Source: an uncultured Verrucomicrobiae bacterium
GTDB taxonomy: Bacteria > Verrucomicrobiota > Verrucomicrobiia > Limisphaerales > JAFGQR01
Direction: 5' to 3'
Assembly (NCBI GenBank): GCA_963788655.1
Contig: CAWBHS010000100.1
Coordinates: forward strand, 1 to 64,000
DNA: 64,000 bases
This document shows positions 59,401-64,000 of the stretch, in pieces. The position numbers and the translations under genes are program-made. Numbering within the stretch: the stretch's first letter is position 1; each line of letters starts with the position of its first letter. A model generated the notes under the pieces. The model had not been told where the DNA came from, searched no databases, and worked only from the letters and a program-made list of their open reading frames with translations.

Positions 59401-59536
59401 GGCGACCACCGGAGCGCTCATCGCGAAATTGCACCAGTCGCCGATCCTTCAACACGGCATAAACCAGACCTGTTTCAGTCTTGGTGTGGAGCGCGACGAC
59501 GCCCTTGAGGGGGAGCAGAAATGGAAACGGTGACAT
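56424..59536 (-). pseudogene. Decayed MoxR/vWA/beta-propeller ternary conflict-system components (deletion fusion ~58490, frameshift ~58030)
   Basis: DPEAALRHAIP, HRRAAYIYAELLGD..AA..L.QG.HFREAA.LY TPR-like block; beta-rich N- and C-terminal parts. Confidence 0.55.
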
Positions 59537-59945
59537 CCCAAAAATTGCCGGCAGGTTGGCGTCCGATTCAATTTTGATCGGCGCAACCCCCTCCCGGGTG
59601 CATCCGTGCAGAAGTTTAAACCGAACTTGAAAGCGGGCAAGCCCCAGCTAGCGCCGTCGGGCGTGAACCAATAAGCCGCGAGTAAGTATCCCGAGGATGC
59701 GAATTTAGCTTGCCAGCAGCCGGAATGCTCCCGTAAAAAGTGCGCCGCTGGCGGGCGGAGTCACGTCGGGTGCATGAGCAAGAATACCGCCGCCGGCAAC
59801 AAGTGGCACCTTCTACGGCGCGCCGGCTGGCCATTACAGCAGTTCGCGCTTGAATTGGCTTCGCCCTTGAATACAATGGCGAAGTCGTGAACGGCAGGAT
59901 GCAACGAAGTGGTTGTTGCCCCCTGTCATCAGCCGGCATCAGGTT

Positions 59946-60021
59946 GCCTCGGTAGCTCAATTGGCAGAGCAGTTGACTCTTAATCAATTGGTTGTGGGTT
60001 CGAGTCCCTCCCGGGGTACCA
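59946..60021 (+). tRNA. tRNA-Lys (CTT)
   Basis: 76-nt cloverleaf: acceptor GCCTCGG/CCGGGGT, anticodon loop CT-CTT-AA, GTTCGAG T-loop, encoded CCA. Confidence 0.97.
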
Positions 60022-60268
60022 CCAGATTCCAAGTGGTGAATCGAATGTCCTCGCTCGTGCGGCTGGCTACCCGCTTAACAACAGCCGCGGATGCCCACGC
60101 AGCAGCGATCGATCAACCTGCTTACGGACTTCGGCCGAGGTGGCCAATCCCAATCGGAAGCGTTTGCCGAGCAAAATGGCGAAGACATGGAACTGAAAAG
60201 GTAAACCGATGAGCTTGATCCACAGCAACGCTCCCACCGCCCACGGCCGGCCCGTGTTTAGCCTCAGC

Positions 60269-60793
60269 CTACTTGTTATCCAGATGGTTCAGTTCGTCGG
60301 CGAGGAACTTGGCCACGTCCTTGAACTTGGGCACATTGTTGGGGTTGAGTTTCATCAGGGCGTTGTGCGCCTCCAAACTGGTCCGGGCAAGCTCTTTGGG
60401 ATCCGCCGGCGCAACTTTTTGCTCCAATGGTTCCAGGTGCTGAAGGCCGTCGTAGCGGCCTTGGAGAAACGTAAAATACTCGGTTACCCCCAGCGTATCG
60501 ATCAATTCGCGCACCCGCTGGTTGGGATTGAGCAACTCGATCGACGTGGCGGACTGGTCGGCGGCCGTTTGTGCGGCATTGATGCCCATACGAGCGAGGA
60601 CGCCGAGAAAAGTGCTGTCCATCAGCACGCACTCGCTCAAGTCCAGGACAAAGCGGGCATGGCCTTTCTTGCGAAGCAGGTTCACCACGTCTTTGAATTC
60701 AATGCTGGAATGCAGCCCGGCGCGTCCGGCGATCTTGATGCAGACGGATTCATCGCCCACCCAGACCGACATGTTGGTCAGCGTTTCACTCAT
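60269..60793 (-). CDS. STAS domain protein (anti-sigma factor antagonist)
   Basis: LDLSEC..MDSTFLGVL; LEAH.ALM...N..KFKDV. Confidence 0.9.
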   Translation of the reverse strand: MSETLTNMSVWVGDESVCIKIAGRAGLHSSIEFKDVVNLLRKKGHARFVLDLSECVLMDSTFLGVLARMGINAAQTAADQSATSIELLNPNQRVRELIDTLGVTEYFTFLQGRYDGLQHLEPLEQKVAPADPKELARTSLEAHNALMKLNPNNVPKFKDVAKFLADELNHLDNK

Positions 60794-61087
60794 GCGCCTG
60801 GGTCAATTGCTTTTTGACTCAAAGTCATTGGACGCAATATGAGGCACGGCGTTGGAAGCCGTCAAGCCGGGGCGTGAAATGGAATGCCCAAGGCCCTATG
60901 TCCCAATCCCAGAGAATGACCAATTGCCAATGAATGACCAGCCGACCAGTGAAAAACTGTTCAATCTCCGACTGGTGCGTGGAGTATGGGTGTTCTCTGG
61001 TCATTGGGCACAGGGTGGATCGAGCCGTCCAGACGCATGATTCCCTGCTCAACGTCTCCTCATTCGGATGGTCTATGAAACGATGCC

Positions 61088-62185
61088 TCAGGCGTCGGGC
61101 CGCAGAATTTGCACGAGCGTTTGTTGGAGGACAAGCGCTTCGTCCAGGCTGCGTGAAACCAATTGCCGATTGCACTCCAGCAGCAATTCCATGGCGCGGA
61201 CCAATTCCGCGGAGGTGTAATTGCGGGCCTGTCCCAAGGCCCGGTGCAGCATAAACGGGTGCATGGACAGTGGATTAAACCGTTTGTCGTCCGGGAAGCA
61301 GTCCGCCGGTACGCGACCGAGCTGGCTTTTGAATTGCGGATACCCGGCCTCCGCGCGCACCCAACCTTCGCGCATCATTTCCTTGAGGAAGAGCATCGCC
61401 CGCACTTTGCTGATCAACCCATACAGCAAGCCAATCTCCGAACGGCTGCGGTCGAATTGCAGGTTCCAGAGTTCGTTGTCCAGGGTCTGCAAAACCTTGG
61501 GCAAGTCCCGGGCACCCAACGCGTCGGCCAGGGCAAACGCCCGCGCTTGCTTGTTCCGCGTGACGATGGCGCGCACATCGGCGGTCGCAATCGCGGCGCG
61601 CTCGCCGACATACAGGCTGAGCTTTTCCACTTCCGTGGCCAGTTGCTGCCGGTTCGGCCCGACGTTGTTCACCAACTCGGCCAGGGCTTCCTCGTTGATG
61701 TCCTTCTTTCGGGTCCGCAACGCGCGCCGCGTCCAGGCTTCGGCTTCCAAGGCCCAATCCTTGTCATCCAGCGACCAAGCCGTATGCGTTTCCACGGTCC
61801 CGAGCTTCTCAATGGTTTTGTAGAAACTGCGGCGCTTGTCGGTCTTGCCGGCGCTGATGAGCAACCGCACGTTCTCCCAGGAAAACTGTTTGAGTTCCTC
61901 GGCCAACTCGCCCAGCGCCTGGGTGACAGCTTGGGAGGTGGCTGTCCGTTCTTCGCCGAGGAAATTGCAGCTTTGAAACCAGATCGCTTTGCCGGTGCCG
62001 AAAAACGGGAGCGTTTGGAGGGATTCGCGGAGACGCCCCAGGGCTTTCAGGGCTTCATTGGTATTGCCGGCTTGAGCGTCGATGATTTCATGGTCCATGC
62101 CCCCCAACGCTTCCGACCATTGCTGAAATACAAGGCGCGCCCGTTGTTTGACGGCGAAATCGTCCGTGCCCTGAACCAGGAGCAA
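61088..62185 (-). CDS. holA: DNA polymerase III subunit delta
   Basis: LVQGTDDF, LQTLPFFG, EVEKLSLY, FALADAL, HPF. Start is uncertain (TTG at 62185 after GGAGG). Confidence 0.88.
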   Translation of the reverse strand: MLLVQGTDDFAVKQRARLVFQQWSEALGGMDHEIIDAQAGNTNEALKALGRLRESLQTLPFFGTGKAIWFQSCNFLGEERTATSQAVTQALGELAEELKQFSWENVRLLISAGKTDKRRSFYKTIEKLGTVETHTAWSLDDKDWALEAEAWTRRALRTRKKDINEEALAELVNNVGPNRQQLATEVEKLSLYVGERAAIATADVRAIVTRNKQARAFALADALGARDLPKVLQTLDNELWNLQFDRSRSEIGLLYGLISKVRAMLFLKEMMREGWVRAEAGYPQFKSQLGRVPADCFPDDKRFNPLSMHPFMLHRALGQARNYTSAELVRAMELLLECNRQLVSRSLDEALVLQQTLVQILRPDA

Positions 62186-62261
62186 CCGGGTTTCCTCCGC
62201 GCCTTCGGGGGTCGGGGACGCCGGCGATTTTGCGCTCGCTGGCCCTCGCCGGGACGGGCGC

Positions 62262-62717
62262 TTAATCGACGTCGCTGCTGCCGGTTTCGTTGATCTCATC
62301 AAGCCATTTGGACATGTCTTCCACCTGACTGAAGAGTGAGGTGGTGACAAAAACCGGCTTCTTCTGCGCCGTGGCCAGGGCCAGGCAGTCACTGGGGCGG
62401 GCGTCGATTTCCACCAGTTTCTGGCCCAACTCGTTGGCCTGTTTAAGAATCAGCCGGGCAAAATAGGTGCCGTTGCGCAGTTCGGTGATGACGACGCGCT
62501 CGATGGTGATGCCAAAGCCTTTGAAAACGTTGTTCATCAAGTCGTGCGTCAAGGGTCGTTCCTTGGGCATGTCCCGCAGAAACATGCCAATGATGGCCCC
62601 CATGTTGTGTTCGACCTGAATCACAAACACCTTCTCGTCATTGCCGACAAAAATGGCGCACCCGCTATTCGCCGGCAGAATCCCCCGGATTTCAATGGGC
62701 ACGACTTCGTTCTTCAT
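62262..62717 (-). CDS. Bifunctional nuclease family (DUF151) protein
   Basis: RPLTHDL, GTYFARL, IDARPSD.LALA. Confidence 0.93.
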   Translation of the reverse strand: MKNEVVPIEIRGILPANSGCAIFVGNDEKVFVIQVEHNMGAIIGMFLRDMPKERPLTHDLMNNVFKGFGITIERVVITELRNGTYFARLILKQANELGQKLVEIDARPSDCLALATAQKKPVFVTTSLFSQVEDMSKWLDEINETGSSDVD

Positions 62718-63058
62718 AGATACAGTTTATTGCGGCCCGGCCAAAACACAAGTCCCTCTACATTGCGAGAAGATTGATCCGGGCAACCCCGACTCTGCCT
62801 CGGGGATTTGCGGAGGGGAAGGACAAAGTTTTGGGTTCAACCGTCAAAAGGTTGAAGGGTTGAAGCGGCGGAGAAATACCGACGGCGAGGTGATGAGGTG
62901 GAATCCTGCGCCAGTGGATAATCAACCTGCTGCCAGGCAGTTTTCACGGGTCGCCCAATTCTTCTGCCGCTTCACCTCTTCACGCATCAACGCTTCACCC
63001 CTTCAACTTTCCAAATCATGATTGCCAATCCGAGTCCGTGCTCCGCATCATGCCGCCG

Positions 63059-63541
63059 ATGAATTTTCGGGACAAGATCATTGCCTGGGACGACCTGCCG
63101 CAATGGCGCGCCGCCCGGCGGGCCAATCGGCAAACCTTGGTGGTGACCAACGGGTGCTTCGATATTCTGCACGTAGGCCACGTCACGTATTTGGCGGCGG
63201 CGCGCCATCTGGGTGATGCGCTGCTGGTGGGCTTGACGAACGATCAGCACGTGCGGGCTCTCAAGGGACCGGGTCGTCCGGTGAATTCCGAACTCGACCG
63301 CGCCGCAGTGCTCGCGGCGTTGGCCAGTGTGGATGGGGTTTGCATTTTTCCCGACGAAAATGCCATTCGCTTCCTGGAACGCGCCGAACCGGACATCTAC
63401 GCCAAGGGCGGCGATTACACCATTGACACGATCAACCAGGAAGAACGGCGCTTCATCGAGAGCCGGGGTGGGAAGATTGTCATTCTGCCGGGCACACCTG
63501 GAAAATCGACGACCGCCCTGTTGGCAGGGTTGGATCAATGA
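63059..63541 (+). CDS. rfaE2: D-glycero-beta-D-manno-heptose 1-phosphate adenylyltransferase
   Basis: TNGCFDILHVGH, LKGPGRP, KGGDY, STT. Confidence 0.92.
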   Translation: MNFRDKIIAWDDLPQWRAARRANRQTLVVTNGCFDILHVGHVTYLAAARHLGDALLVGLTNDQHVRALKGPGRPVNSELDRAAVLAALASVDGVCIFPDENAIRFLERAEPDIYAKGGDYTIDTINQEERRFIESRGGKIVILPGTPGKSTTALLAGLDQ

Positions 63542-63555
63542 GCGGTCGCCCAATC

Positions 63556-64000
63556 CTACGACGATCCCGACATGCTGTCGGTCCAGCCTAAAATATCGAC
63601 CCGTTCCTTGGCTTCCCGGTCGGGATTGGGACCGCACCGGGGATTGAACCAACTGTCCAGGCTGCGGACCACGCAATAATCAATCGGGGTCTGATGTTGT
63701 TCGTCGTCGCCGAAGCGGGCTTTCAAGGCGGTATCGAGCACGCGGCCCACGCACTCTTGGATTTCCTGCCGGTGGCATTTGCGGAAGGCCATGATCACGG
63801 CTGACTTGGGATGGGATTGCGGAAACAAGTCGCCCAGCACCGGGTTCGTATCGACCCATTCTTCCATTTCGTCCGAGCCCACGGCACCTTTGGCGGTGCA
63901 ATACACTTCCAGGATCATGAGTTCGGCCACCGGGAAATCGTGGAACTGGGCGGTTTTGCCCGGCCAATCTACCGTGTCCACCGCGTCCCGGGCCCAAAAC
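63556..64000 (-). CDS. Hypothetical protein (5' end outside the window)
   Basis: Open frame running to the window edge. Confidence 0.55.
   Translation of the reverse strand, partial: FWARDAVDTVDWPGKTAQFHDFPVAELMILEVYCTAKGAVGSDEMEEWVDTNPVLGDLFPQSHPKSAVIMAFRKCHRQEIQECVGRVLDTALKARFGDDEQHQTPIDYCVVRSLDSWFNPRCGPNPDREAKERVDILGWTDSMSGSS

Noticed and set aside
59946..60260. Integrative element at the tRNA-Lys 3' end
   Set aside because: No integrase and no duplicated tRNA 3' end were found in the window.

Overview
The window has two parts. Bases 1 to about 2250 look alphaproteobacterial and carry a complete IS110-family (IS1111-type) element. It has a DEDD/SG recombinase, a CT(TCA) core at both ends and a ~235-nt structured downstream non-coding region. 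One internal loop of that region matches both halves of the reconstituted target, as expected for a bridge/seek RNA, and the target is itself a palindromic hairpin resembling an IS200/IS605/REP end. The rest reads like a Verrucomicrobia-type chromosome. Housekeeping genes are nth, lpxC-fabZ, lpxA, hisJ, purN, hisG, a bS22-like small protein, uppP, tRNA-Lys, holA and rfaE2. There are also secreted carbohydrate-active and beta-propeller proteins, a three-gene signalling cluster, an NDH-2/cNMP/CBS fusion and an MglA/MglB/roadblock cluster. Mobile debris is abundant: a degenerate element with a YDK..LRxE (Rep_trans-like) protein, an array of type I hsdS 3'-tail repeats interleaved with REP hairpins and cargo genes, RAYT fragments, several REP/REPIN families, toxin-antitoxin pairs and a decayed ternary conflict-system remnant. 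Several otherwise intact genes carry single frameshifts, which may be assembly indels. All family calls come from motif recognition by eye; no searches were run.
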